From Octopus vulgaris (taxonomy: Eukaryota), in NCBI GenBank assembly GCA_951406725.2, contig OX597818.1, positions 46,748,001 through 46,812,000 of the forward strand: a DNA stretch of 64,000 nt. Direction: 5' to 3'. Position numbers and translations under genes: made by a program. The notes below the pieces were generated by a model. The model saw nothing but the letters and a program-made list of their open reading frames with translations, did no database searches and was not told where the DNA came from. How positions within the stretch are numbered: position 1 is the first letter of the stretch; every line of letters begins with the position of its first letter. This document shows positions 36,020 through 51,154 of the stretch, piece after piece.

Positions 36020-38229
36020 AAACACTACAACCTGGTTGGCAAAGAAGCAGAGGTAACAGAACTGAGAGGACCTTTCAAGATTGTTAAATACATGCACAAT
36101 AAAATGCATCCAACATACTCTATGAAGTGGTTGGTATTACTAAGACCATCCAGCCATAGACGTGAAGCCAGAAAGGGAAAAAAAAACTACAAACTGGAGT
36201 CAATATAACTCTTGATGATGATATCCCAGAATAAGAGCAATCCAAAAAGAAGACCAATAAAAGAACAAAGGACATCTGATGAAGACTATATCAGAGTTGA
36301 GCTTCAATTTCAGGTATGAATTCATAGGAACATGTCTACAGAAGAATCTAAACATTAGTGTGCAATAATGTCACACAATAGCATAAAAAACAAATCTTCA
36401 AAGAAATCTGAAGATATGAATAACTTTAAACTGCAATTAAAACTCATCAAAACTATCACAGACTGTTGCCATTTCTTTAAGATCAAATATGAATAAGTAA
36501 ATGAATGAAACCTTCAGACCCTAAGTTTTTGTTGTCCTAAACATTGTTATAACTGTAATATAAAGTGGAGTTGCCACCTTTACACAAGTTACATGACGCA
36601 TGTTTATAATATGTGTCTAAATGAAAAAGTTTTAAGCGGAGGTTGAAAACAACATAGGAATAACAGTCATCATAAATTTGACAAAAGCCCCAAACACTTC
36701 AACAACAAGCAAACTGTATTATCTACAAAACTGAATTGTCTGATTCAATGCAGACTAACAAACACATCCCAAACAAAACAGTAAATCATGACATGGTACA
36801 TTAACAACAACATCAATGCCACTGGCGACACAGAGTCAGGCAGTAATAACACCAAAGCAAGTAGTAGGCTACAATAGATTCAGTCTCCCATGATAAACAA
36901 CAATTCAACTGAAATTTAAATCATGGCTGAACAAACGGATAAATACAAAATTTGTCTAACACCTTATAAAGGGATTGGGGTAGGGGAGTACAAAGCAATG
37001 ACTTTGAAAGGCAAGCCTTTAACACAAATAGGGTAAGATTTGAAGGGGGTTTGACTGCTAATTATTGCAGGTTATATAGATCATGCCGGTGGCACGTAAA
37101 AAGCACCATCCAATCGTGGCCGTTTGCCAGCCTCATCTGACACCTGTGCCGGTGGCACGTAAAAAGCACCCACTACACTTACGGAGTGGTTGGCGTTAGG
37201 AAGGGCATCCAGCCATAGAAACATTGCCAGATCAGACTGGGCCTGGTGCAGCCTTCTGGCTTCCCAGACCCCAGTTGAACCGTCCAACCCATGCTAGCAT
37301 GGAAAGTGGACGCTAAACGAAGATGATGATGATAGATAACTGCATAAAGGCACCTCAACATCTCACCTGCACCAATCTAACTACCAGACATCATTAACAT
37401 TTTGTCAACTCCTTTAAACAGTTCAAAAAGCTGGCTAGTAAACTTCCTACCAGATCCTTCCTATTATTCCAAAAATTGCAATTTCCCATACCTCCTTAAA
37501 ACATAGACAGAAGACATCACATTGGCACTGTCCTACCATTCTATAAACACAATTGAACAATTGCAATGGCATCAATCTCCTAGAACTCTGGCTCCAAAAC
37601 AACACACTTAAAAGTAGCACCTACCAAATCCACTGTCTCCCTTTATAATCAGCAATACCAAGAAACATCATATAAAACAATCACACTCAACAAACATATT
37701 CCACACATATATACAGAAATATACCAAAATTATCAAAGAGTAATAACAATTCCACATTAGTCACAGAATCTACATAAGACCTAATAAAGAAATTAAAGCC
37801 ATGCAAATACTGAGAGCAATTACAGGTATGACATTTGGTCAACAGAAATAAACTAATACAATAATGTATACACGACATACATTAGATCCATCATGAACTA
37901 TGCCACCCAAACGACACTCCACAATAAATCACTCTAAACTATGAAATACACAAAACAATAATACATCATACATTATCCTGACAAAATACTACTAAAAACA
38001 AAAATCTATCAAGACATGCAAGGTGCATTGTTAATTGCAACAACATACATCAACCATCACAGTCTCTGCCAATACACGAAGAATCACCCCCCACACACAC
38101 ATCCAGACATATATACAATAATCCACCATCAATCTAAAAATGCTATCTCCCTCACTCAACTCAAGCTTAGCACATACTGAAACAGCTGCAACATCAGAAG
38201 CCCCATTAACCCCAGACACACGTGATAGT

Positions 38230-38700
38230 TGTAAATGAATGTTACCATCCTGTAACCAATGTCCTCCGTTTCCAATTTTCCGTGAAAACAGAAAAACAGC
38301 AGCTGTCATGCTCTGGCCAAGTCCACCTTGCACACTTCTACTGCGGCCATGGGAATCTACAAACTTATAGAAATAGAATGGACAGTGGAGAGAATACAAC
38401 AGATCCAAACTGATGTCTTGCAAACAACTTGCACATGCAAGTGCTACCAGTCAAAAACTCCGCATACCGGAAGCCAGCAAATGTATGGGGTCATCAGGAG
38501 AGAATGCGCACCGTTTCAGGGCCTACCTCTCGACGGCATCAATGCACACCGGCCCTCCTCACTGATATGAGGCCCCACTTGCTAGATCAGCTGGTTATCA
38601 AATAAAGCTCAATATTGTTCTAGCCATCGCTCATCGTCTCTTTTTAACCAAATCCAGTGGCTAGCCTTCTCCACTGTAGATTGGATATCAGTCATGGTGG
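38230..38700 (+). mobile_element. Possible LTR with the start of a primer-binding site
   Basis: TG...CA bounded, locally GC-richer block with AATAAA at 38601, followed by TGGTGG. No second LTR and no TSD. Confidence 0.35.
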
Positions 38701-39189
38701 TATACATGACATACATTAGATCCATCATGAACTATGCCACCCAAATGACACTCCGCAATAAATAAATTAATATTGTAAGCTTCATCACTGAGTGTACAGT
38801 TAGATGGAGTTATTGTATAACTGAAACAACAGATTTGTAGGTCATGTCTAACCATTCTGCTGATTAGCTGCATGCAACTGGATTGCTCAGCCAGAAGTAA
38901 CAATAAAATAGCCAGTACTTTATGTCTTTCAAAACTTGTAGATACACCGATTTCACTGCAACCATTAACTTTAAAATTCGCATACCATCTACATTCATGT
39001 AACACTATGCAAAAAAAAAAAAAAAGCATTCTTTACTTAATTTACAAAATTTACAAGCAGGTGGAGCAATTTCTTTCTTAAAAGCTTGGGTAGCAGCAAT
39101 TGCCAATAAAAACCAGCTCTATTCATGTTATACACTTGGAAAGTTAAGAGCCCTTCACAGTTAATTAAATCATTTATCCTTTTTCCAAA

Positions 39190-39395
39190 TGGTCTGGTGA
39201 TTTCTAAATTGCCAGAACATTCTTGATGCTCATATGGTTAGCAAGTTTAGCAGTAGCATTATGAATTTCTATGCTATGGATGTTGTTACCAAAGGATTGT
39301 TGATTGATAAACCACTTTGTTAGTCCCTCCTCAAATTCGTATCTTTTGCAACTCTCGTGTGCTCCTTTGCACCAACGGATGATTTTAGAATCCAT
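39190..39395 (-). pseudogene. pogo/Tigger (CENP-B-type HTH) transposase fragment
   Basis: EEGLTKWFINQQ...I...EIHNATAKLA resembles the Tigger/CENP-B second HTH. The fragment is short and decayed. Confidence 0.4.
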
Positions 39396-40534
39396 ATCAG
39401 CATTTCAAGAAATGAAAGATTTGTATGTTCATATGTAAGTGTTGATATTGGATTATGGATATGTATGTTTAAGCTTATGTAAACATGCATTCATATGAAG
39501 CTACAAATGTTAAGTGTGTGTGCTTGCATGCATGTGTATGCATATGTAGATGGTTTTATGAATGCACTAAAAATATGAATACCTATGAAAAGAGTATAAA
39601 TGTTTCGGTATGAATGAACTGAGGAGGTTAGCAGATGCAGTTGATGTGCTGGTGTGTATCTATTTATAGCTCTAGTAGTTTGTCTACACCTGATATATTC
39701 CACTTCCTCCAATCCCAACCCCTAATATCTACCCTTTATCTATCTCTAAGTTCATTCATTTCATGCATCAAAACTTCAAAATTCCACCAGTCTCAATATT
39801 CTTTAATTGCCTTCATACCAACTGGGTAAAATTATTATTACAATAATTTTCATGAACACAATAATTCTAGCATTCTTAACTTGTTATTCTAATTCTCAAG
39901 CAATCACATATTCCACCATTTTCATCAACATGTTTTTCTCTCGATTAGAACTATGTCAGCACTTTGTTTACTTATTCCACCTCCTCTACAGCGATCTATA
40001 TATACATCACTATCAGTCCAAATACATAGAAATACACACAGACACACACAACTTGGTGATGGCCCACTTCCCCATTTAAGAAGACAATTTCAATTTCTGG
40101 TCAAGGCCAGAATGTCAGTAAAAGCCACACCTGAAGATATTACTACACCAACATTGGTTGAAACTAATGCTAAAATCTCTTTTCCTTCAAATGTTGTGTT
40201 TTATCTTGCATATTCTCTCTCTTCTTTTCATTTCTTTTTTATTTATTTCTCACTGTCTCTAAAAAAGATATAAATATTCAACCTTCATATAGATTACATT
40301 TATTAGATTTGAGAAAAATCACAGGGACAGAAACAAAGTTATAACTCTGTATAAATTTAGTTTATTATATAGAGTTAAACCAATAAAATTAGTTAACTCT
40401 CTGCTTCTTGAAAGATTAGTATTTTAGCATGTGAAAATCTTAATCTTACAATCAAACATACTATACTCATCTATATAGTTTGATATTTTGCTTAGGCATG
40501 GTGATACTAATAAACTGTGTTAGAATTCAATATA

Positions 40535-41297
40535 TCAGGTCAACCCATAAATAATGCGTTTTTTTTTGTTTTTTTTTCAATTGCATGAACTCAAAGTCAG
40601 AGGGATAAACTACTAAATGCAGGTAGTAATTTTACCTTGTACTTATTCTTAGTGCTAGGTTTGAAGAATGCGGTTCGATTTTAACGGTTCTTTTTTCAAA
40701 GCGATAATGGAAGTGACAAAGGATTATATTTGGCATATTTTACTTTATGAGTTCAATAAAGGCAAAAACGCAACAGAAAGTACAAGAAATATTCATGCAG
40801 TATATGGGGATCAGACAATAAGTGTAAGCCAGTGTCAGCGGTGGTTCCAGAAATTCCGAGCCGATAACTACAACCTAGAAGACACGCCTCATCCTGGAAG
40901 ATCTGCAGAGCTCAACAAGGATGTCCTGCAAACTCTGGTAGAACAAGATCCCATTGTAACTGTTGAGGAACTAGCAGAGAAGCTTGGATTTGGTCATTCA
41001 ACCATTCATCAACACCTGCATGCCATCAGAAAAATTAGCAAATTGGGACAATGGGATCCTCTCAAATTTTCTGAGTCTAATCGCATGCACAGAGAGAATG
41101 TGTGCTCTTCTTTGCTGTCATGTCTCACAAACGAACCTTTTTTGGACCTAATAGTGACTGGTGATGAGAAATGGGTTCTCTATAAAAATGTCAAGCACCA
41201 AAGGCAGTGGATAGGGAAAGGCGAAATACTGGCACCCCAGGCTAAAGAAGGTCTTCACCCACATAAGGTGTTGTTATCTGTTCGGTGGGATGTGAAA
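40535..41297 (+). mobile_element. Second mariner family, 3'-truncated (left TIR, HTH region and first catalytic Asp)
   Basis: TA-TCAGGTCAACCCATAAATAATGCG left end. Open frame from 40707: MEVTKDYIWHILLYEFNKGKNA...WFQKFR...IVTGDEKWVLY...LHPHKVLLSVRWD. Similarity stops at about 41297 and there is no right TIR. Confidence 0.88.
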
Positions 41298-43499
41298 CGA
41301 AACGATAAAAGCCACACAACAACGAGAGAGTGAATCCAATTTAGAAGACAGATCAGGACCATTAGCATTACAAATATGCCATTGAATGTGGTCCATCAGA
41401 GTTAAACAATCCACAGGATTGGTATTACTGGATTTAATCTTTTTGCATTAACAATGTGAAAGTCAAAATTACAAAGTCCAGTATTTAAGTCCTTAGTGAT
41501 TGGGTGCGGCAACTTTTTTTTTCACAAAAGAATGCAGGTAGTTAGTTTAGGCTGATCATTTACTTGTTATTTAGAGTATTTCTGGTTTTCATTTGTAAGG
41601 TTGGGGTTATTAGTCAGATATGTCATAGCTTTGTTAGTATAAAAAGCTGTTCCTCTTGCACTTTGATGTTCACAAAGGTATTTGGGTGAAGGTTGCAATT
41701 CACAAAGCAATGGTTGGCCCAAGGCTATAGAAGACACTAGCCCGAAGTGCAGTGCAGTGGAACTAAACTTGAAAACCCATGGTTGCAAAGCAAGATTCTC
41801 AACCATACACCCAAGAGATATTTCTTAAGCTGAAGATCCTGTTTCAATGGTCAGTTATATCGGTCAATAAATTCAATCATTAGGGAATTTAAAAAACAAA
41901 AGTAGTATTGTAACAATAGCTCTCATATGAATTATTAAAAGTGGGTGGGAACACTACTAGTTACTAGATATTTTTGATATTAAATATATCACATAACATA
42001 ATGGGTATCAATGAAAGAAAACTGTGAAAGCAGATATTATAATAATATAATAATAATAACAGTTAACCACAACATGGTTGGTGGAAGAGGAAACTACACA
42101 TCACTAATAACTAGTTTCTTGAAAAGACTTAACCGAAAAACATCTCTATATTGCTTTTGTTACCTAAAAGTATAACAAAGAAACATCACAAGCTATCACA
42201 TATACATTCAGTAATCTGGTGAGAATTATGAATTCAAGCATGGATGATTGGTTTAGAATAGATTGTCCATAGTGATAAAAAATAATAATATATTCAGCAA
42301 TGAAAAATTGTTTGGGTAAATCTTTTATATAACTCTTATATTTTATGCCTTTCACTTGTCCCAGTCATTGGAGTGTCACCTTGAAGGATTTAGTCAAATC
42401 AACTCAAGTACTTGCTTCTTTTTTTTTTCTGTTTAAGTTTGGTACTAATTTTATCAGTTACTTTTACCAGACCGTTAAGTTACAGGGAAGTAAACAAACC
42501 AACGCTGGTTGTCAAATGCAAAAACATTCACACACACACACATACATAATGGGATTTCACACATTTTCCGCCTACCAAATTGAGTCACAAGGCATCGGTC
42601 AACCTGGGCCCATAGTGGAAAATGCTTATCCTAAGTGCCATGCAATGAGACAGAACCTGGAACTATATGGTTGCAAAACAATCTTAACCACACAGCCATG
42701 CTCACAAATATTTACCCTGAAGCCAACTTATTTTAATAAAGCTTTTAAAACCTTGGTTTGAGAACTGATTAGAGCACTTAAGTAAGCTTCACTAGTTTGG
42801 GATGATGGTCATAGGCCCTACCTCTAGAGGTAACAATTTAATTTTGAAAACCTGAAGAGTTGCTGATGTATTTTTTTTTTTTCATTTTAACAAAGAAAAG
42901 CATTTCAAGTTTGAAATCTCTGAAGGATAATTGAATATGGCTCAGGTTAAATGCAGCAATACAGATTTCTTATGAAAATGTAGATAATTAGTAAAATTAA
43001 ATTTTTGGAAAGGAGTTGGGGGGTAAAGACAGAACAAAAATTTCATTTATACTGACAATCAATCGATAATTAAGAGTTCTAAATTTACTAGTGAAACCGA
43101 TCTGTCTGCATCATCTAAAGTCTAAAGGTTATTGGACTATTGTGGTAGTTCACATAAAGCTTTGTTATCAGTTTATCTAATTTATGTAGAGAATGAGCTA
43201 TGACAGGTTAATGTTAAGAGTTCAGAGCAATTAGTGGTTTAGGAAACTACTGCCTTTGTTGATAAACTAATTCTCTGATAAAATAAAAATAAACCGCAAA
43301 TTATGTGATATACGAAAAAAGGTGGGTGAAATAGACTGTAAATAAACAATAAAATAAAGGCAATTAATGAGAAAGAAACAATATAAATCCAATCCAGAAG
43401 TAATCAAGTCTGCATCAACATATGGTAATGAAATATCAAAAACAAAAATGTCAAAAACAGACACCAAACAGGTACAATGTAATTAATTTCACGCTCCAA

Positions 43500-44800
43500 G
43501 GAAGAAACAGAGGAGAGTTCGATATTTCAAACAATAGTCCTTATCTAGAGAGAAGCTCCATTGAAGCAGTGTTTACAATGAAAGCAACAGCAAATTGAAT
43601 TTATGGAAGTAGGTACAGAGGAATGGCATTTTATAGCCAGTAGAGTGTTTTCCAGCCAGTGGGATTAAGTGTGTGTGTGTGTAGAGGGGAGAGTATGAAA
43701 GTATAGGGGATTGTATATAACCATGTTAAGTAAGTACATGGGTGTGTGATATGTTGTGTAGGTGGTGTGAATAAAATGGTGTGTGTGTGTGTGTACTGAG
43801 ATGGAAAGAGGTTGAAGTGTACAGAAGGGCACTTATCGGGGTGCTGGTGGTATTAGGTGGGAGGCAGAGTTAATAAAAGGAAACAAATTATTAAAGGACA
43901 ACAAGAAAACATGTCATTCCAGTTGGGTGAGTTTTGTGGAGATGGAATTTAGTTTTACAACAGACAAGCAGGGGCTGGGGGTGATTAATCCCTGGTGTAA
44001 AAGTACAGCACAGAGAGATGCAGACAGATGTGGCCAAGAGAATCAAAGTGATGAGGCACAGGTCAGAGTGATCTAGAGTTGTTATATTAGACATCTAAAA
44101 TGTGTTCCCTAAAACAGCCTGCGTGCATATCTTAGACGAAGTTTCTCAAACAATGAGGAAGCCCCCAGCATTCAATGCAGTAAATAACATATTTAGTGGT
44201 ACAGGTGAAATGGTTAGTGACATGGTAGGAGAAGTTAGATCTGTGAGGTGTGGTGTCATTTTGGATGAAGGAACAGGATTGCAGTTGATTTTGAAGAACG
44301 GAAGAGGGTGTTCAGATATGAGATGGAAAGTAGCAAGATCAGATTGAAGGAGATAAAAGTGCTGCTGAATGGTACATTGGTGTGGTGAAGTGACAGGATG
44401 GCAGATGAGGGAAAGGCAGTTGTGTGACAGATACAAAGCAAGAGCACAGCAGTGAATTCAATAGCCCAGATACCACAGTTTCAGCATCAAAGACTGGTTG
44501 GGGATAAAAACCAATGTGTGAGTAGGAGACATCTGGTGTGACTGAGCTGGAGCCATGGCTACAGAGGTGAGATAGATAAGATTAGATGTGATATGGGTAG
44601 GATGAAGTGAGGTGAAATATAGAAAGGAGTGATGTTGGGTCATTATGTTGGGGTAATCAACAGAGCATGAACTTAACAGGGGTGATAGAGAAGACGAATG
44701 TGAAATCTAGAACAGGGTGGAAGGAATCAACGAAGCTGATGGAGAAGTTGAGCTGTGCACAGGTAATGGAGATGATATTGATACAGCCTTCAACAAAAAA
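43500..44800 (-). mobile_element. Heavily decayed Penelope-like element
   Basis: Minus strand shows a SFHPVLDFT RT-like relic near 44700-44730, strong purine/pyrimidine skew and a decayed hammerhead-like end at 43519-43550. Confidence 0.35.
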
Positions 44801-47800
44801 TCCATAAAGTATCTGGGGTAGGTGGTGAACTAGGGTTAGATTTGGTCCTCAACATGTCCGACAAACGGACTAGCATATGGCCATCCCAGTAATCTGCTAA
44901 CAGACATCCACAAAAATGAGAAAGATTTAAAACGTTAAAAGTACATGTAAGGAGAGTTTGAACATAAGAAAAACAACTGGGTAAAATTAGTTCATTCAAG
45001 AAAAGTATTTGTAATAATCTAAACACAAATAAGGCAGATTGGATTTTAAAAAATTGTAAAAATCTGGTAATTCATAATACCAGACAAAATATAAGCCTAC
45101 AAACAAGTTGGTTCCATCTAACAAGCATTAGCTAAGCCTGACATGAACTGTAATAACTATCTAACACAGGAAATCATGAGCTTAAATAGTTTTACAATAC
45201 CATTAATAGTTTTATTTTGCTTTTCCTCTTAATTTATTTCAAAGTTCAAAAACATTTTATATTAATTAGCAGTTTATTCAGGCAATAAGTAATGAGTTGA
45301 TTTTTTTCTTTTTCTTTTTTTTTTTTCAATTAGATACTGCTGTTACTGCATGCTGTTTCTCCAAAAATGGGCTTATTTACATAGTAATTAAAACAATTAA
45401 TTAATCATTCCCTAAACTTAAATAATTATTTGAATCTTTATCAGTTCTCACATTTGTTAACTGCAGTCATTAATAGTTTTACAAACTGATAAGCTTCTAA
45501 ATTTGCTTGTGACACAACATTTTTCATTGTATTCTCCACTCTGTCACAGCACTATACCAAACCTCTGAGTTCACTAAGAGACAGTATTGCTGTTCTGCAA
45601 ACATAGAACAAAAATCTTCAACATCTGGAAGCTATCAGCTACTGCTGCTAACATACAACCTTACTTTTCCAGTAGTAGATTATGAAAACCGACCAATTTA
45701 AAACCAGAAGACAAACTTTCCTTCCTCTCCAATTGCAGTTGTATATTTTTGTCCCTAGCTAAGCACAGCTGCACTAACTTTAATATATCTTCCTACTCTC
45801 AACCCAGTTAATGCCATCAACTAAAGCTGCTGTCTTTGTTACCATTTGCTTAAAATCCTATTCATATTATTTAATATATTCATATAAGTCACTAGAAGGT
45901 GGACCATATGAATAAAACATTCTTAAGGAATGAATAACCACCAAAATTTTTTAACCACCCGCCCCAAAAGGAGAAGGAATTAAAGAGAAAATTACTATAA
46001 TTATAAATTGTAATAAAAGATCTGCTGATGTGAAGCAAATTAAATGTCAGGACAAACTTCAAGAGCAATGCCATATTTCTTCATATTTCTCTTCACAACT
46101 CTAGGAAGTTATAAAGAAAGAATATAATATAATATAAAGAGCAATCTGAACAAAGAAAAGTGAAACAGGATACTCTGTCCAGCTGAAAGAAATAATGACC
46201 AGAAGAGACCAGCAAATCAGAAATAAATGAACATATATGGAAGGAGAATCATTTACCATTAATCGATGCTTCTACAATTGATATATTACATTTATTTACA
46301 GTTTCTTTTCTTTCCCCAACCACTCTCAGATACTCTGCAAAAAAGGTCTGGACACCATCCTTCTGAGTAAGCTGCAAATACACATCTGTAGTCTGTACAA
46401 ATGCGACATTGATTCCCCAAGTTGTATTACAAGCTACCCATCTAGGAAGGCAGTAACTTTGAATAAGAACTGACAGAAAGTAAAGGAAGACTCTAGTTTT
46501 CTTACCTAAGACAGTGATTTAGGTACATTTTATCATGCTGGTGGCTAATTTTCTCTGCTGTTGTATGTGATGATAGCTGATGTACACTATAAGTGATGAG
46601 GTGCTATGTGACCCAACATACAACCACAACCTGGAGTAATTGAATCTTTTGTCACTGGTTTTTCAAAAACTAGGCAACTTATCCAATAATACCTGCTGTT
46701 ACAAAACATTTTCAATATCCTGCACACAATACAATAACACTCAACACAACAAATTTTCGACAAAAAAGGCATTTTACACCTAAAATCCAGGACAAAATAC
46801 TGTCTCAGCCAACATATATCTAAGTATAGTGCAGTGCAACTGAAATACACATTAGATATATATGCATAAGCCTAAAATGTTCACCAGATAAATAAAACTA
46901 AAAAACATTTACACAAATAAAAGAAACCAACTAGAATTAGAACACAGCTCTGTTCCATAAATCTCAGGTTACACCTTCATAATACAGGAGAGGCAAAACC
47001 ATGGGAAATGCACTTATGACATAAACTAAGTGAAAATAATAAAACATATTAATGAATTAATTATATATATATATATATAAGAAAATGTTCCTACACTAAT
47101 TGCATTGAAGTTGATGAGACCCAACTAGGTCAAAATCTCACTGGTTTTTGGTTATCTCTAAAGGTTATACCCCACAAACTATTTTAGAGTGGTGTGGGAG
47201 AGGAATATTTACATAGAATGAAGTATCATATATATTCTACATAGACATTACAACAAATATAATGGAAATGGTGCCACAAGTTAAATTATTCAGTAATTCT
47301 AACAAATACATATAAAACATACCCCTACTAATCTCTCATATTTTCACCAATTTACACGACATTTACATTAACAGCATCTCAGACACTATTGAAATGAACT
47401 CAATACATACAGTACAGTGCAAACAAATAGACAAAGCATGAAGAACAATAATCCTAACTAAAATGTCTAAATGATTCACCAATGCACCCACATAAACATT
47501 TGGTAAGGAAAAGGCAAGACAGAATAAACTAAAACAGTAAAAGATGAACAGAAACGAAGTGAAATTAAACCCCAATATACTAAACAAATGAAAAAGAAAC
47601 CCAACTCTTAAAAAATAAAACAGACTTCAACTACTTTTAGACACATCCTCAACACTCCTTGAACATTACAACACTATCCTCCATCATTGATCTAATCCAA
47701 ATAATAAACATTCAATAAAATAACCAACTTTAATTCCTCGAGAAATCAATCATCTTACTCTTTGATCATATAAAACCTGAATGGACAACAAAACCATCAT

Positions 47801-50800
47801 GTGATAACTGCAACACTATTCAACTATATACTGCATGACAAATTGTCTATATATATCCATACAGCATAGAAGCATTGCGTATCCCAAATACTAGGCCTGT
47901 GGATTACCATTTCATTGATTGATGACTTCAGCAACATAAGTTTGAGTAAAACTTAGCCATGATAACACAACAACAGTCTGCCAATGATAGAAAATACAGT
48001 TGTGTATTAATTTGCAAATCTACTTTAACTCTTTAGCATTTGAACTGGCCATATCTGGTCAAAATATTCCAGGGCTTTTATATTCAAACTGGCCTCTCAC
48101 ACCAACCCTACAATAAATATCATTCTAAAAATTAACAGTTACCTCATCAAAATCTCAAAGATAGAAGATAATGTATGATTAATTCAAAACAATGTGAATA
48201 AATTAGCATTACTTTTTACAATAATCATGAATGTTAAAGGATTAACACTGAAATGTCCAACTTTTTTTTTTAAATAAAAAAAAATAGAATAGAATGAGTT
48301 GCATACTTATTTTTAAGATGTTCTAGTATATTTGAACATGGATATACTAATTGCTGATATTTTTAATCATAGGAGATCAACTACTCTTTTCAGACAAATG
48401 TGTTCATAACACACCAGATTCAGTAATGTAAATGGGTAACACTCAATCCACTGGAATGTATTAAGTATAAATAATAAATATGTAAGTCATTGTTTGATTC
48501 TCACATTTCACCTTGCATATGATTTATTATAGAAGAGATTTTGAACACTTTCAGTGTAACATTTCAGGAAATATTTGAATTTCTAAACATTTTTGTTTTT
48601 TTGCAAATATAAAATCCTTATAATAATACATAATATTATATATAAGTATTGTGGAAAATACCAAGTGTCACACAAATTTGCACCCATGCGGGTGGCACAT
48701 AAAAGCACCCATTACACTCTCAGAGTGGTTGGCATTAGAAAGGGCACCCAACCATAGAAAACCTTGCCAAAGTCAGACTGGAGTCTGGTGCAGCCTTCCA
48801 GTATGCCAGCCCAGTCAAACCATCCAACCCATGCCAGCATGGACAATGGACATTAAATGATGCTGATTATATATAAGTATTGGCTTTATTATAAGAGTAT
48901 TAACAATAGTTTCAAATTTTGGCACGAGGCAAGCGGTTTTAGAGGAAGGGGTAAGTTGATGTCAGTGCTTGACCAGTACTCATTTTATCAACCTCAAAAG
49001 AACGAAAGGCAAAGTCAACCCCAGCAATGGAACTGGAAACACTGAAGAGGGTAAGAAAATAGTGCATTCTTCTCAGCCTCGAGTTCAAATCCTACTTGGA
49101 TCAACTATACATTTCTGACCTCCAGAAATAATTCCTTAAGTTTCTATAATATAATGGAATCTATTTAGAGAAGTGTAGCTTACTCTTGAAAAATCTAGCC
49201 AAATTAAAAGAAATCAATAACAGCTTTTGCATAATACTCATATCTTGCTATAAACAACATAGATTGTTAGTACAGAACAAACTTTCTATTCTTATATGTC
49301 ATAATAATAATAGCTACAGTAAGGAGTTCAATGTACTCGTTTATATAATACCAATTGCCTACTTTGACACCTTGATTATATAAGAGAAGTAAATCAACAG
49401 ATATGAATAACAAAAACATTTTTATGACTTTGTGAATGAATGTATTTATAGGAATGAGTCAATGCATTGTTGTTATGTGTGTGTGTGTTGCTACAACTGT
49501 GATATATGAAATTATCTTTTCATCTGAATGACATTCCCTTTAAAAAAAAAAAGAAAAAAAAAAGAAAAGAGTTATATTTATGTCTGAAAGCTTTCTAAAT
49601 GAAGAAAAATGAAGGAGTTGTCATTCAATATCCTTTATGACAGCAATTAAGCAATTTAACAACAATTTCATCTACCCTTAATGCTAAAAGGATTAACATA
49701 AATTAATGCTCTATATAAACTTAATATTTATACTTTATAGGATCTTCCTTGCACTTTTACTGTACATCACAACAATAAAGTCAAACTTTCAAACCTGATA
49801 AATACTTCATTCCAGGGCTTATTCAATTATATATATAATGTATATAACATTAGTCTATCCAAAAATTCAATAATAAAAGACCTTTGCCCAAAGTTCCAGG
49901 CAATGAGATTGAACCTGAAACCGCATGATTATGAAGTGAACTTCTAAACCACAAGTCTCACCCCTGGTCATCATTTACTATATCTGCCCCATATGTACAT
50001 CTGGCCACCCCTATCACATATTTCTATCCACTTCTCACTCTCCCCTACATTCATACAACTTCACCCACCTTCCTGGTTCTTTTATGCACTTTATACATAC
50101 ATACATTCTGCCACCTCATCACCACCATATGTCTCTCCCTTTCTGCTGCCACTCCAGCAATCCCTACCCATCCATATAAAATGTGAAATGGCTATGAATC
50201 TCCTCCACAACAGTAAACCACTCACTGCGCTTTCACCTCTCCATACCTTGCATAAAATGGCCACCCTATCTTCTATTCTTACAGTCAAGGGTGCTTTATA
50301 TTTATTTTTTTTTAGTGTTGCAAATTACAAAGTGACCCCACTAGTGCTGGTGCTAAACTTCTTTTTTTTAAATAAAAAAAAAGTACCCAGTATACCTCAA
50401 AGTGGTTGGCATTAGGAAGGGCATTCAGCTATAAAAACCCTGCAAAGACTGAGACATTGGAGCAAAACATATCCCTACATCCCATGCAAGCAATGAAAGC
50501 AGACATAGAATGATATATTTTCTGTGTGGGAGTGAGAGAGAGAGAGAGAGAGATCAACTTGGTCAATCTCTATGAATATTTTTCCTTAATAACATTCTGT
50601 AAAAGTATTCTGAATGGAAATGCAAAGCTGCAAAGAGTGGCACAAGCAGGTGTAAATACTTACTCTTACCACTAAAAATATAATAATTGATCTGACAATT
50701 AGTAGTGGTATTTTATAGTATTAAATATTTACTAATAAAAATGTTAACAGCCACTTGTTGCAATGCTACATAAAAGAACAGGAAAAAAAAACACACAATT

Positions 50801-51154
50801 TCAACTAAAGAGGGAGCTTCTATGCAGTCATTTAAACTACTAGAAATAGCAGTCAAATCTGTTTTATATTTCACCTAATTATCTAAGAAAATGGATGAAT
50901 ATGCTAAAAACAACTGAATCCCTAGTATATGTCCAAAGAAAATTAATACTAACAGCTGAGAAGACACCATTGTGACATAACATTCAGATGGCAATACTGC
51001 AAGAAACAGTAATACAACCTTGACACAGATCAACTCGCATCCTATTCAAACCAACCATATCCGGCTTAAATATTCTACCTGCTTTTTGTTCAAACCAGCC
51101 AAATGCAATCTGTCCAACCTACCCCACACCCTTTTAAAAATATGCAATTACATC

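Noticed and set aside
35525-36109. Several overlapping long ORFs, and a superficially CRISPR-like periodicity
   Set aside because: All arise from a 42 bp minisatellite with no unique spacers. The context is eukaryotic and no cas genes are present.
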